Shown here one piece after another: positions 36,113-46,395 of a DNA stretch of 64,000 bases. Position 1 is the first letter of the stretch, and each line of letters begins with the position of its first letter. A program made the translations under genes and the position numbers. This stretch comes from a virus (lineage: Duplodnaviria; Caudoviricetes). Below the pieces are notes generated by a model. That model saw only the letters and a list, made by a program, of their open reading frames with translations, was not told the origin of the DNA and made no database searches. Where the stretch lies: positions 8,330 to 72,329 of IMG/VR virus record IMGVR_UViG_3300010234_000007; one strand, written 5' to 3'.

Positions 36113-37974
36113 CGTCGGCCATCTGGGCGCATGTTGATACGCAACTTACCTGTTCTCCACGCAACCCCTGTGTCTGACGAAGAAATCTTGACAGACATCG
36201 ATCTCCCGCGCTTGCGGATGTAGCCTTTTTTCGTGTACGCCTCGACCGGTGTCGTGGTGGAGCGCACCGTGTCGCTCGTTTCTGTCTCTAACGCGCCAGA
36301 GCCCGGCTCTGTGTTCACGGTGAACGTGTAGGTCGCTTGCGGCGACGCGGCGTCAGAGTTTCGGAACGTGATGTCCGGGATGAACTCGGACACAAACATG
36401 AAGCGGTCGCCATCCCCAATATCGAAGTGACTGGAGGTGATGTACGCATTCATTGCGCTGGCAGGAGTGGTGGACCCGTCATCATGCGTCAGGTCATGGA
36501 AGTAAAGCTTGGACGTGTCTTCATCAGCCCCGATGGCGTAGTTACGTAAACCAGCGTTCTCCCACGCGGTGCGCGCCATCGAACCATAATACCATAAGCC
36601 ATCGCGGTGGTGGTATGTCACGTATCGGTCAATTTCCGTCGAGCCAGAGGACGGATAGAACCAGAAGATTTCCTGATACTTGGAGTTCACTCCACAGAAC
36701 ACCTTGGAGAGCTGATCCGTGTTAATGTCACTGAACACGTAATCTTCCACCGTACACGGCAGGTTGTTCACCCGACCGTTGTATGAGAAGAAGCCACGTG
36801 CTCCCATCCAGTATGCGGTGTCTTCCACCACAGCAACGGCGTTAGGGCCTGCCAAACTAACATTCAACGACACATCGGTGAGGCCAAAAACTAGCTGGCC
36901 TCCTACGAACTGGAGACTGTGCAGTGAGGAGTCTGTCCAGATCAGCGTCTCACCACGGGTTCTTCGCGCCGCTTGGATGTACGACCCGGCAGTGACCCGC
37001 AGCGAACCGGCGAGGTTGTCAGTGTCTGGCAACCATGTCGTCAAATCCTCAGAGTCCGACCATCGGATCAGCAGTGGGTCCTGCGTGGTTGTGTCAGTCA
37101 ACGGGTTTGCACCGAAGGCCACAACGATGCGGCTCTCCGTCAAGGCCAACACACTATGTGCGATGGTCGGTGCGTAAGCAGAGCCCGTAAAATCAGCGAG
37201 AGATTGCGCCCGCGCGCCAGTGCCGATGGAGGTATCCCAGTAATATACGCCTGCGTTACGGATACAGGCGAGCAAGTCTTCGCCGTATGGCGACATAGAC
37301 CATGTCCGCAACCCCTCACCCAGCGTGATGGGTGTTGAGCCTGAGTTCCATGTGCCACGACTATATGTACCGGTGCCGTAACCTGTGCCGAACGTCACAT
37401 CTGAGTAGCCGACGCTGATCTGATATTCAGCCGTGATTGAGCTGCCACCCCCAGCGGTGGCCCCAGCGGTCGCTGAGCCTGCGGTGACAACCTTGAAGGT
37501 GTTGATATCAACCACTTCAGTCACGATATGCTCAGCATTCAGCTCATCAGCAGTAATGTCATCTACCGCGGTGGCCCCGGACAAGGTGAGATAATCGCCT
37601 ACCAGTGCGCCATGTCCGTTGTCTGTGATCGTGATTTCGCCTGATGCAGCAGCCCCGGTAGTGATGGGGTTACTCCCCAGCGATGAGGTCCTGCGCAGCG
37701 GCGTGATGTCGTTATATGTACCACCACGCTCTACATACAGCTTGGAGTTTGTGCCGACACCCGTGTAAATCTGCCCGATTAAAGAGGTGAAGGTTTGGAG
37801 CGACCGCGCTACGCCTACGTATGTGTCGGTACTAACAGCCTCCCAACCGCCGAACTTCTCCGGGTAACCATTACGGAACCGGACAAGATTGCAATCATAC
37901 CACCCGCCTTCGTTCCCGTAATCTGTGCTTTCGCGATTAATGCCGGGTCGAAAATCAATGGTGGTGACTGGCAT
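36109..37974 (-). CDS. tail nozzle/stabilisation protein (P22 gp10 / T7 gp12-like)
   Basis: 621 aa, beta-propeller-like; PGINRESTDY..EGGWYD..LVRF; DPLLIRWSD; ends PDGRR. Confidence 0.8.
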   Translation of the reverse strand: MPVTTIDFRPGINRESTDYGNEGGWYDCNLVRFRNGYPEKFGGWEAVSTDTYVGVARSLQTFTSLIGQIYTGVGTNSKLYVERGGTYNDITPLRRTSSLGSNPITTGAAASGEITITDNGHGALVGDYLTLSGATAVDDITADELNAEHIVTEVVDINTFKVVTAGSATAGATAGGGSSITAEYQISVGYSDVTFGTGYGTGTYSRGTWNSGSTPITLGEGLRTWSMSPYGEDLLACIRNAGVYYWDTSIGTGARAQSLADFTGSAYAPTIAHSVLALTESRIVVAFGANPLTDTTTQDPLLIRWSDSEDLTTWLPDTDNLAGSLRVTAGSYIQAARRTRGETLIWTDSSLHSLQFVGGQLVFGLTDVSLNVSLAGPNAVAVVEDTAYWMGARGFFSYNGRVNNLPCTVEDYVFSDINTDQLSKVFCGVNSKYQEIFWFYPSSGSTEIDRYVTYHHRDGLWYYGSMARTAWENAGLRNYAIGADEDTSKLYFHDLTHDDGSTTPASAMNAYITSSHFDIGDGDRFMFVSEFIPDITFRNSDAASPQATYTFTVNTEPGSGALETETSDTVRSTTTPVEAYTKKGYIRKRGRSMSVKISSSDTGVAWRTGKLRINMRPDGRR

Positions 37975-38657
37975 TATTCAACCCAAGTCTTCCACCACTT
38001 GGTGCCCGGCAGGTAGTAGTTCGCCCGATTAAGCCAGCCCTTGCGAAACTTGGCGTTACGTGAGCCCGGCCTTGAAATGCTGATGTAGAACGCGCGTCGG
38101 AACTGATAGATATCGTTCACGCTTTGTTCGTGACCACGATCCCGAACCCATTCCGTATATGCCTTCTCTGTGATCGGGCCGATCTTGCCGTCCACCCCAA
38201 CGCCGACCATCTTCTGCATCTTACGAACGGCGAAGAACGGACCAGAACCCCAGCCAATATCAGCCCAGACTTCTGTTGCCGGGACGTAGGGCAGGCGGTT
38301 CAGGCCATTCGCTTCGTAGTAATGCGTCATGCCGATGTCTGCAGCCTCTTCAAGGCTCAGGCCACGCATATCGGCTTCAGTAAGCGTGGAGGCGGGGACG
38401 CCACGGTGCTTCGCTAGCGCGTAGGGCGTGACGCCCCGCATGGTGCCGATGAGGCGTTTCGAGTTCCCCACCTTCACCCAGTTGCCACTGTCTCGCGGCA
38501 TTTTTTGGAAACCACCTTCCCACGTCTCGATGGCTTCCATGAAGCCTTCTCGGGGCTTCTTGTCCTTGAGCCCATGGAACAAATCGGCGCGCGGGCCTGT
38601 TTTTTCGTCTTCATCGCCACCGCCGAGTGATGCCAAGAACTCAAGAAACTCTTCCAT
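37974..38657 (-). CDS. endolysin, glycoside hydrolase family 108 with PG-binding C-terminus
   Basis: WEGGF...D.GN...T.RGVT; FRKGWLNR. Confidence 0.85.
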   Translation of the reverse strand: MEEFLEFLASLGGGDEDEKTGPRADLFHGLKDKKPREGFMEAIETWEGGFQKMPRDSGNWVKVGNSKRLIGTMRGVTPYALAKHRGVPASTLTEADMRGLSLEEAADIGMTHYYEANGLNRLPYVPATEVWADIGWGSGPFFAVRKMQKMVGVGVDGKIGPITEKAYTEWVRDRGHEQSVNDIYQFRRAFYISISRPGSRNAKFRKGWLNRANYYLPGTKWWKTWVE

Positions 38658-38658
38658 A

Positions 38659-38961
38659 TCAATCCTCTTTTTTCTCCGCGACCGGTTCGTCGGCGGGGTC
38701 TGTCTTTGTATCTTCAGGCTCGTCTTCGGGCTCCTCTTCGGGAACCTCTTCGACCGGCCATGACGCCTGACCCATCATAGTGTTCTGGGCAACTGTGACG
38801 TACATCTGGCGCATGAGATCAGCGCCGTCAGCTGTCAGGTTCATCATCTGCTGGAGCGTGATAGGGATCACGCGCATACCCGCAGCGTTGCCTGAGGTGT
38901 CAAGGCAAAGCTCGTACTCATCATCGCCTTGGGTTGTTTTTCTATAGAAGGCACGTAACAT
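38659..38961 (-). CDS. hypothetical protein with acidic tail
   Basis: CAGGAG SD. Confidence 0.65.
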   Translation of the reverse strand: MLRAFYRKTTQGDDEYELCLDTSGNAAGMRVIPITLQQMMNLTADGADLMRQMYVTVAQNTMMGQASWPVEEVPEEEPEDEPEDTKTDPADEPVAEKKED

Positions 38962-39015
38962 GTAGATATCTCCTGTTTGAGGGAAGATATATATAGCGTG
39001 CCGACACGTAGATTA

Positions 39016-39201
39016 CTACTGCTTCGGGGCCTTTTCTAGTACTGCCGAACACAACGCATGGATTTCATCGAACAGCGCGTGTTCCAGCTCCGTCAGTTCC
39101 TCGTTATCACCCTCGCCAAGCCATAGGCTTAAGCGCCAACGGCCCTGCTGGGTCTCTGTTCTGACGATATGAGGTTCAAGCCAGAGCTTTGATCTTGGCA
39201 T
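39016..39201 (-). CDS. small hypothetical protein
   Basis: MPRSKLWLEPH; overlaps the upstream stop. Confidence 0.45.
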   Translation of the reverse strand: MPRSKLWLEPHIVRTETQQGRWRLSLWLGEGDNEELTELEHALFDEIHALCSAVLEKAPKQ

Positions 39202-39697
39202 CAGCTGCCTGCATGTTTTTGATGATCGCCGGGATCGTCTTTTTCTCTGTCGCGCAGTGGTTGGACATCCAGCGCTTTGCGATAATGGGTAACCGCCTGC
39301 GGTACTCTTTACTGCCATGGGCAGTATAGGGGATACCGTATTCTGCTGCAATCTCCACCACCCGCATCTGCGTCCTACGCAATCTGACTGAGAAGCGAAC
39401 GAGGGCGCGGACCATACTACGCTCTGCTCCCTTATACTGCAAAACGCTCACGGCCCGGGCTTTCACAGCTCGTCGAGCTGCGCGGTCGTAAACAACGCGG
39501 GCGTTCTTGAGCACCTCTGGTTTGCCTTTACATACGGCGTGGTGCAGACTGATGCGCAACAGGCCATAAAACAGCACGTTGAGATGCTTGATGATTTCGT
39601 TTTTGTTGGGGTGCGGGTTGGGAGTTCCAAGCGACTGCGCGGAGAGCGAAGAGGGAACAAGTAGGCAACCAATCAAGAACAAACGGATCAACATCAT
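39176..39697 (-). CDS. secreted/periplasmic protein
   Basis: Signal peptide MMLIRLFLIGCLLVPSSLSA. Confidence 0.65.
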   Translation of the reverse strand: MMLIRLFLIGCLLVPSSLSAQSLGTPNPHPNKNEIIKHLNVLFYGLLRISLHHAVCKGKPEVLKNARVVYDRAARRAVKARAVSVLQYKGAERSMVRALVRFSVRLRRTQMRVVEIAAEYGIPYTAHGSKEYRRRLPIIAKRWMSNHCATEKKTIPAIIKNMQAADAKIKALA

Positions 39698-39713
39698 AAG
39701 ACCTCGTAGTAGT

Positions 39714-39923
39714 TTAATGCACCAGAGTAGCAGTTTTCTGCGACTCGTCCTCAATAGATTTGGCTAATTGCTGCAAGTTCAAGGCGGCGTCGGTAAGCGC
39801 TGCCGTCTCTGCACGCAAGACGGCGCTTTGCTCCACAAGGACGCGCATCTGTCTCTGCAAAGCCGCAGAGCGACGCAGCGAGGCGAGTGTTGGTTTGCAC
39901 GATAGATAATCAAACAGCTTCAT
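39714..39923 (-). CDS. coiled-coil hypothetical protein
   Basis: ATGA coupling to the upstream gene. Confidence 0.55.
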   Translation of the reverse strand: MKLFDYLSCKPTLASLRRSAALQRQMRVLVEQSAVLRAETAALTDAALNLQQLAKSIEDESQKTATLVH

Positions 39924-40207
39924 TGTCCAGCTCTTAGTATCAGCAAGGTTTTGACTTCCTCGACTAAAGATCGCAGAGTATCCAACGCGATACGGTTTTC
40001 TTTCATCGCGGCTGCTGCTTCTTCTATGGCGAGAGCAGTCTGGCGCGTTAAGTCAGTGATGACATGATAGCGCTCAGTGGACTCTGTCTCTTTGAGGTCC
40101 AACTTCATCATCATCCTGCGAACCGTCAAGATGAGCAAGATAATAAAAGCGGCGGCAAACCCCATTTGCACGAAGGATGGCGCAAATATCTTCACCAAAG
40201 CGTCCAT
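39920..40207 (-). CDS. BhlA-like holin or membrane protein
   Basis: One N-terminal TM plus coiled coil; GGGAGG SD. Confidence 0.55.
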   Translation of the reverse strand: MDALVKIFAPSFVQMGFAAAFIILLILTVRRMMMKLDLKETESTERYHVITDLTRQTALAIEEAAAAMKENRIALDTLRSLVEEVKTLLILRAGQ

Positions 40208-40248
40208 GTCTGCACCTCCCTCAACAAGGGTATTCCACGATATTCAAT

Positions 40249-40611
40249 CTAAACCACCCACGTGGCCACAACGCTAATCAACACAGCAAGCGCGCCACCG
40301 ATAGCGCCCTGCAGCGCCTCCGCAAATTTGTACGTAGTCTTGCGGCCCATCAAGCCCCAAACAGCAAAACTGTTGTATGCGCCGGGCATCCATGACCATA
40401 GACCGGGGATGGCGGTGGCGGGCCATACCCACCACGGAACACCTGCGAACCACGCCAAGGCAACGCCTAGGCCTGTCGCAGGGACCCAGAAAAGCACCAT
40501 GCGCCACGGCATCCGCTTAAGTGGCACCGTCTCTTTTGCTGCGCCTTGATAACGCCGCGCAAGCGCGCAGCAGGCGAGCCAGAGGACGGCGAGGATCGCA
40601 GAGATTATCAT
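40249..40611 (-). CDS. multi-TM membrane protein
   Basis: Several hydrophobic segments. Confidence 0.65.
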   Translation of the reverse strand: MIISAILAVLWLACCALARRYQGAAKETVPLKRMPWRMVLFWVPATGLGVALAWFAGVPWWVWPATAIPGLWSWMPGAYNSFAVWGLMGRKTTYKFAEALQGAIGGALAVLISVVATWVV

Positions 40612-41078
40612 TTGCGACGCGTGTCGGCTAACGCCAACGCAAGTTTTGTTATGACCGTTCTGACGCCATCCGTTGCCGGGTTATCAGGGATAGCCTGTTT
40701 GATACGAGTCTTGATCTGCCTTGCGGTGCCTTCATCGAGCAACTTCACCACAGAGTCGCCTACAATATCGCCCGCCACATTTTCATCGGCCTGTCGCTTT
40801 ACTTCCCGCGCGTCGTGGTCGGCTTGTCGTTGAATAGCTTGTGGGTGAGGCTCCACTGTTCTTGTGCGAACACTCTTCCCGTCTACCAGCTCGAAGCTGT
40901 CCACCAAGCGCTCTGTAATGTCATTAAACGGCGGTGTCGGCAGGTTCACACGTGGGTAGATGCCGTTCTCCGGGGAGCCTATAGCAGGGTTGAGCCCCAT
41001 GATGATGTCGCCGTTTTCTTTCTTGAAGCGCGAACCTCTCACCACGCGGCGAAACTTGCCGCCTCTCCAATAGTCCAT
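40608..41078 (-). CDS. tail fibre assembly/chaperone-like protein
   Basis: Directly follows the tail fibre gene. Confidence 0.55.
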   Translation of the reverse strand: MDYWRGGKFRRVVRGSRFKKENGDIIMGLNPAIGSPENGIYPRVNLPTPPFNDITERLVDSFELVDGKSVRTRTVEPHPQAIQRQADHDAREVKRQADENVAGDIVGDSVVKLLDEGTARQIKTRIKQAIPDNPATDGVRTVITKLALALADTRRK

Positions 41079-41081
41079 GAT

Positions 41082-43463
41082 TTATCTCGCTGTTGCCGGA
41101 TGTACGTTTGAGCCACCGGAGGAGGGATTCTCGGCAAAAGCCATGAAAACGTAAGTCTCGGCGACATTAGGGTCAGTTGAAATACGCAGCTTGAAGCCGT
41201 TAGCTAGAAAATCAATCTGGTCCGCCGTGCCCTCTGCCGATGCAGAGTCTACATACAAGTCGTCATTATCAACGTTGTATCCTTCACGCTGATAGTCGTG
41301 CATATGCCAACTTGATGTGCTGTCGATTGATTTGCATATCACTAGTGCGGGGCGAAAACCGCAATAAACGACCGGCCCGTTAGCGTTCCCGTTCCCCTCG
41401 AAACTGCCGAATTTGCTAAAGCCGGAGACTTCTGTGAACGCCCAGAAGCCGAATGTTTGCCCAGACGCATTTACGTCGCTATGCGACCCGATGGTTATGA
41501 CCGAAGAGGATGCATCAGTGTCATTCCAATAAATGCTTGATGTAACGGCTGACCCTGTTGTGTCGAAAACAAGATATTTGGTGCCGCCAAGCGCGCTGTG
41601 ATAAGCGGCGATCTGCTTGCTGCCGTTTGAGATGTCTTGTAAGAAAACAAAATCAGGGGCCGCAGATAGGCCATGACCCAGTGTTGCGCCAGCAGTTGCG
41701 TTGCCCGTAAAGGTGCCAAACGACACTCCGGTCGTGGCGATGGCATTAATGGTGGTGGTTATGGTGCCGTCCGAGTTGCTCGCGCCCGAAGACCCGTCGC
41801 CTTTCCAGTTCCACGACACGTAATTCTCTGTGTTTGTATTAACACCCACTTCATCGCCAACAGTGAACCCGTCAGCGTCGAAGGTAGAGAGGCTTTCTGT
41901 GTCAGTAACCTGCGCCTGCTGCGCGTCAGGAACGACGTATTTTGTTGCACCGCGCACAGCGTCGAAGACGCGATGCCCATCCGCCGCATCACGGTTCTTA
42001 ATCCACACCAGATCAGGCTGGAAGTCCAGAGACGAAATCTCGTTGCCGGATGAGCCGATGGCTGTGCCGTTGCCGGTGTACAGCGCCACGTCGAAGTAGT
42101 TGCTGGGCTTGGGCACTGCGGCTTCGGGCATATTGAAGCTGGAGATAGGGACAGCCCATGTCGGGGCGGTGTATGACCAGTCCGCTTCTTCAGTGCGGAT
42201 AGTGTACACAGGGCCTCCGGCACCTGACCTGCCAATAACAAAGTGGATTGTTTTTTCTGAAGAGCTTGCGATAGTGAATAGCTCGCCAGTTTCCGAGTTA
42301 GGAACTGCGCTGTTCTCCCAAGTGCCGTTTTTGCCGTAAAAGAACTGGCCGTCCTTGTACGCAAGCATTAATACGTCTGCGCTCGATATGGTCGCAGGTG
42401 AAAAAGAACTGCTTGAGCCTTCGTTGTAGACAGTGTTTGTGGCAACACGCAGCACGCATGATGCTGAGTCAGTGTGCGGGGATGACGTGGAAGCCGCTCC
42501 GAGTGGCTTTGTGGATGACACCCACAGACCAAACATTTCATCACCTGCGGTGTCCACCACAGCTTCTAAATAGCAACCGCTTTCGATCACAGGCATGGAG
42601 AGCGCGATAAGCCTATCATTGCTCCAACCAGCCGCCTTCCGTCCACCCTCACTGATGGTCGCGGGGGTTGATGTGCCAACATGATCGACTGGACTTATGA
42701 TTGGATACACCCGCCCCGGCGTGTCGGCTACCTGATGGTCTGTGCCCATGCCCGACGCGGTGAAGTCATTTGCGTTGCCGCTTTCATCATCGCCTAAATC
42801 AGAACTGTCGCGGAAATCAATATGAAAGCCGTTTGTGCCGTATGAGACGGAAGCTGTAATCGGCTTCCACACACCGCTTGCGTCAAACTCACCGAAATCC
42901 GTAGCCGCGCCGACGATGCCGTCTTGAACATGAACGTCAGCCAGCAACCCGTCCACGTAGTCATCGGTTCCAAATTCGTTCCGACAAATAGCCATTGTTC
43001 CGCCTGTCCGTAACAGGTCGGTTGTCGTGTTCTGCGGCATGTTGTGATTGGTGTTGATGTCCGTCTGCTCAACGCCATTCACATCAACTTTTACTCTGTC
43101 TGTTGATGTCACTTGGGTCGTGTCAACCCTGACAACAATGTGATACCAAGCCGTCGGATCACGGAACATCATTGCGGGGATGTAGGCGGTGTATGCTGCA
43201 TCAAATGCAACGTTCAGACGGTCGTTTGTGTCAAAGAATATGTAACACTGACCGCCATTTCTTTGCATAAACAGGTCTTGCTCAACCCCAAACACAGTGC
43301 GCCTGTGCCAGAATGAGTATGTCTGTGTTTTATCGCTATCCGCCGTGGTCCCCCACGCCTTCGACATATACGAACTCGACGCGCTGTCGAACATGCACGA
43401 CTGCCCGATGATGTCGAGGTTAATAGCCTGTCGGACGCGACCCGGTCTTACTAATGGCAGCAT
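41082..43463 (-). CDS. tail fibre/receptor-binding protein (ConA-like lectin + SPRY-like + C-terminal repeats)
   Basis: FRDPTAWYHIVVRVDTT; G.NGFHIDF; FQPDLVWIKNR; YVFMAFAENP. Confidence 0.85.
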   Translation of the reverse strand: MLPLVRPGRVRQAINLDIIGQSCMFDSASSSYMSKAWGTTADSDKTQTYSFWHRRTVFGVEQDLFMQRNGGQCYIFFDTNDRLNVAFDAAYTAYIPAMMFRDPTAWYHIVVRVDTTQVTSTDRVKVDVNGVEQTDINTNHNMPQNTTTDLLRTGGTMAICRNEFGTDDYVDGLLADVHVQDGIVGAATDFGEFDASGVWKPITASVSYGTNGFHIDFRDSSDLGDDESGNANDFTASGMGTDHQVADTPGRVYPIISPVDHVGTSTPATISEGGRKAAGWSNDRLIALSMPVIESGCYLEAVVDTAGDEMFGLWVSSTKPLGAASTSSPHTDSASCVLRVATNTVYNEGSSSSFSPATISSADVLMLAYKDGQFFYGKNGTWENSAVPNSETGELFTIASSSEKTIHFVIGRSGAGGPVYTIRTEEADWSYTAPTWAVPISSFNMPEAAVPKPSNYFDVALYTGNGTAIGSSGNEISSLDFQPDLVWIKNRDAADGHRVFDAVRGATKYVVPDAQQAQVTDTESLSTFDADGFTVGDEVGVNTNTENYVSWNWKGDGSSGASNSDGTITTTINAIATTGVSFGTFTGNATAGATLGHGLSAAPDFVFLQDISNGSKQIAAYHSALGGTKYLVFDTTGSAVTSSIYWNDTDASSSVITIGSHSDVNASGQTFGFWAFTEVSGFSKFGSFEGNGNANGPVVYCGFRPALVICKSIDSTSSWHMHDYQREGYNVDNDDLYVDSASAEGTADQIDFLANGFKLRISTDPNVAETYVFMAFAENPSSGGSNVHPATAR

Positions 43464-44512
43464 TACTGAAGCGCCACGATGTCGAGATGCTGGAAACTGT
43501 TGTTCACCACGCAAGTCACCATGAAGTCATCACCGTTGGTCGTGGTGAAGCTGTCGCCCGTCACTATCGTCCAGCCGCTCGTTGTGATCGCACCTGCGCT
43601 ACCATCGTTCGTGTACTGGATCACGACCACACCGTTGTTACTCATGGGAGCCAGCGTGTGTGCGCCGCCGTTCACTGCGTATTGCAGATTGCCGTTCGCC
43701 TCATCGGGTGTGTAGGTGCCGCTGGATTTCGTGCCTGCGTTGTATGGCGTCTGCGCGAAGCCCTTAGTCAGCACGTCAGCGGTGTCGGCCTTCAGCGTGT
43801 CGGCATCGTAAGCCTGTACGTCAGTTCCGATCTCCAGCCCCGTGATGACGTTGCTGTTCAGATCGAGGTTGCCACCAAGCTGTGGCGTTGCGTCATCAAC
43901 CAGATTGAATGTCAGTGTATCGGCATAAGCCTTCACCGATTGCTGTGATGGCACCGCTGTCGCTGAGTCCGAGGACAGTGTGTCTTCGTCGAGGAAGTCC
44001 AATACCCCGGCAGTGCCAGACCCTGTGAAGTATGGCACCTTGTTCGCCGCTGAAGTCAGACCTGCCAAGGCAGTGAGATCGGCATCGAGGGGCTGGTACA
44101 CACCGCTGCTGACAATCGCGACCACGTTAGTGCCATCACAGTAAACGACTGAAATTTCACCGTTGGGGACGGAAACGCCCGTGCCTGCGGCTGTCTTGAT
44201 CGTGAATGCGTACCCGCCGGTCGTGGCGTTGCTCACCACGTACAGCTTCTCTTTGGTTGGGCAGACTAGGTTGCGCGCGGCGGTGAGCGTGCCACCTACC
44301 TCAAGCACCATCTGACGGGCTTCATCGGTTGAGCCGTTGTTGGTTGTGAGGCTGTAACTCGCGGTGTCGTCATGCGTGACGGATGCGACGCCTGAGATTG
44401 CCTCTTCCAAGAGCGTGCCGAGGACGGTGTTGAGGATAGCGCCCCACGTGCTATCTTTCTCGCCCGAGGCCATCAACTCCAATCTTAGGCGGTCTGAATA
44501 TGTGCTAGGCAT
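43463..44512 (-). CDS. tail fibre proximal protein
   Basis: [18 protein letters not shown]...TWG; TPQLGGNLD. Confidence 0.8.
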   Translation of the reverse strand: MPSTYSDRLRLELMASGEKDSTWGAILNTVLGTLLEEAISGVASVTHDDTASYSLTTNNGSTDEARQMVLEVGGTLTAARNLVCPTKEKLYVVSNATTGGYAFTIKTAAGTGVSVPNGEISVVYCDGTNVVAIVSSGVYQPLDADLTALAGLTSAANKVPYFTGSGTAGVLDFLDEDTLSSDSATAVPSQQSVKAYADTLTFNLVDDATPQLGGNLDLNSNVITGLEIGTDVQAYDADTLKADTADVLTKGFAQTPYNAGTKSSGTYTPDEANGNLQYAVNGGAHTLAPMSNNGVVVIQYTNDGSAGAITTSGWTIVTGDSFTTTNGDDFMVTCVVNNSFQHLDIVALQ

Positions 44513-44515
44513 AAA

Positions 44516-44665
44516 TTAAATCCAGTCGTTTATTTCGCTATCAACCACATCACTCCACGCGTCTGTTTCGCTATCGTCCACAGCGCCCCAAGATGCAGAT
44601 TGAGAATCATCAGGAGCGCTCCAAGTGGTCTGCTGTTGACCGTACAGGTTAAGTATCCACCCCAT
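44516..44665 (-). CDS. 49-aa Trp/Asp repeat mini-protein
   Basis: MGWILNLYGQQQTTWSAPDDSQSASWGAVDDSETDAWSDVVDSEINDWI; read by hand. Confidence 0.6.
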   Translation of the reverse strand: MGWILNLYGQQQTTWSAPDDSQSASWGAVDDSETDAWSDVVDSEINDWI

Positions 44666-44673
44666 AATGCGCC

Positions 44674-45969
44674 CTATGCATCCACGTAGATGTAAGCAAG
44701 AGAAGCTGCGATGGCGGTGGTATTATCCGATACGTCACGGATTTGCACACGCACGTCAGTTGAGGGCTCAAGAACAACGCCGTTCATCGACACAATCGTC
44801 TGGCCGGTCGTCACCTGAATTGGCTTAATGGACCGATAGACACCGCCACTTGCCCGCGCTTGCAATACAATGTCTGCCGCGCCTGCGGAACCATTGGCTC
44901 GCGCCAGCGTTACCGCGAAATCCTGTAATATCGCTTTTTTATCTGACGGCACCCGGAACGCCAACACCTGCGATTGCTGGTCATTCGCGGTGATGTAGGC
45001 AAGCACCTCATCCTGTTCGTCAGGTACGCCGTTCGTGAAATCGTTTTCAATTACGCAGGCCACGTTACCGGCAATTTCGGTCGAATCCACATTGTAGCCG
45101 CGATAAACTTCCGTTGCCGTCACGCCCAGTGATACCGGGGTGCGCCCGTCGGATGCGTTCGTTGCCACCGTAACCGTCTGCTCAATCCCACTTGCGTCCA
45201 GATACTGCCATGCGATGTCGATGTCTGTGTCGCCGGATGCGTCAGATGCCATGTAGGGCGTGAAGCTAGTCGTGGGCGATGTCCTGATGCCGCCGTATGC
45301 CCACAGATGCTCCCACGTTGCAGGCGTGCCCAACACGACGCCCGTACCGAGTCCCGTGCTATAACCAAATTTGTTTCGTTGCTCTGCCCCGCCCAAACGC
45401 CCCAGCGCAAGGTCAATCATCGGGTCAATCGTGCGAACCAGCGCCGCATCGGCATCCGCGCCGAGTGTCTGGTTCAGGGGTGAGTTCGGTTGCCGGAACG
45501 TCCCGAAATAAGTATAAAGCCGGAGGTATGTCTGGGCGTCACTGCCATTGACAAGACGCAGCCGGAAGTACCGCGGGCCCTTAGATGCTGTATGAAACTC
45601 ATGAATACCAGCGGATACAGTAAATCCGTTGCTGGGGAACGACCCCCAATTAGTACCATCGACACTAAAGTCGAAATAAAGCGTGCCCGCGGCGTCGGTA
45701 ATGCAAGACACCATCACATCTGCATGATTGTTTTGTTCTGATGTGCCGGTGAACGTCGCTGAGCCTGTGAGCGGTGTGGTGGTGGTGTTCGAGCCGTCTG
45801 AGGCCACACCTTGATCCAGCGTCGGTAGGGGCGCTGCCGGGGATACATCGGTAGCTGAGCCATCCGCCCCGTAGGTCATCTTCACGCGCTGGTGCTTGAC
45901 GCCTCCAATATCGTCGGCGGCTAATGTATCGCCGGATGCACCTTGGTTGAGCGTGATGTTATCTGCCAT
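44674..45969 (-). CDS. virion structural/tail-associated protein
   Basis: MADNITLN...GGVKHQRVK N-terminus; beta-rich. Confidence 0.7.
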   Translation of the reverse strand: MADNITLNQGASGDTLAADDIGGVKHQRVKMTYGADGSATDVSPAAPLPTLDQGVASDGSNTTTTPLTGSATFTGTSEQNNHADVMVSCITDAAGTLYFDFSVDGTNWGSFPSNGFTVSAGIHEFHTASKGPRYFRLRLVNGSDAQTYLRLYTYFGTFRQPNSPLNQTLGADADAALVRTIDPMIDLALGRLGGAEQRNKFGYSTGLGTGVVLGTPATWEHLWAYGGIRTSPTTSFTPYMASDASGDTDIDIAWQYLDASGIEQTVTVATNASDGRTPVSLGVTATEVYRGYNVDSTEIAGNVACVIENDFTNGVPDEQDEVLAYITANDQQSQVLAFRVPSDKKAILQDFAVTLARANGSAGAADIVLQARASGGVYRSIKPIQVTTGQTIVSMNGVVLEPSTDVRVQIRDVSDNTTAIAASLAYIYVDA

Positions 45970-46394
45970 TATGCCAACCTGATAAACCCACTGACAGCAT
46001 CAGCGGTGGGGAACTGGACAGTGAAGGTTTCAGCTGTAGCGGTTTTGTCTGCGCCAAAGTCCAAGACGCATACCGCAGCGTTAGAAGAGCTGGTGTTGTA
46101 AATCAGTGCGCCACGTGCGGTGAACGTCGCACCAGCCCACGACACGTCCGTCATATCGACGATACCGGTCGTGCCAGACGATGTGGGGTTGATGTTCGTG
46201 ATCGTTGCGCCGCCTGCGGTGTACCCGGTGCCGGAGATTTCGTTTGTCGCGCTGTAGGCTGTGGTGCTGGCGTCAAGGTCGGCAGAGGACGTGTAAAGCG
46301 CCATCTTGAACGTGTGGCCCGCTGTCGTGAAGTCATGGAGGCCGTCGGCCAACTCTTTCTTGAAGCTTGTGCACAACGCCTGTGTGATCGACAT
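45969..46394 (-). CDS. tail structural protein
   Basis: SFKKEL..G.HDF...FKMALY; VLDFGADKT. Confidence 0.75.
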   Translation of the reverse strand: MSITQALCTSFKKELADGLHDFTTAGHTFKMALYTSSADLDASTTAYSATNEISGTGYTAGGATITNINPTSSGTTGIVDMTDVSWAGATFTARGALIYNTSSSNAAVCVLDFGADKTATAETFTVQFPTADAVSGFIRLA

Positions 46395-46395
46395 G

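Noticed and set aside
44516-44676. Stop-codon readthrough joining the 431-aa protein to the Trp/Asp repeat
   Set aside because: Base-by-base check shows the repeat is in a different frame from the TAG at 44674
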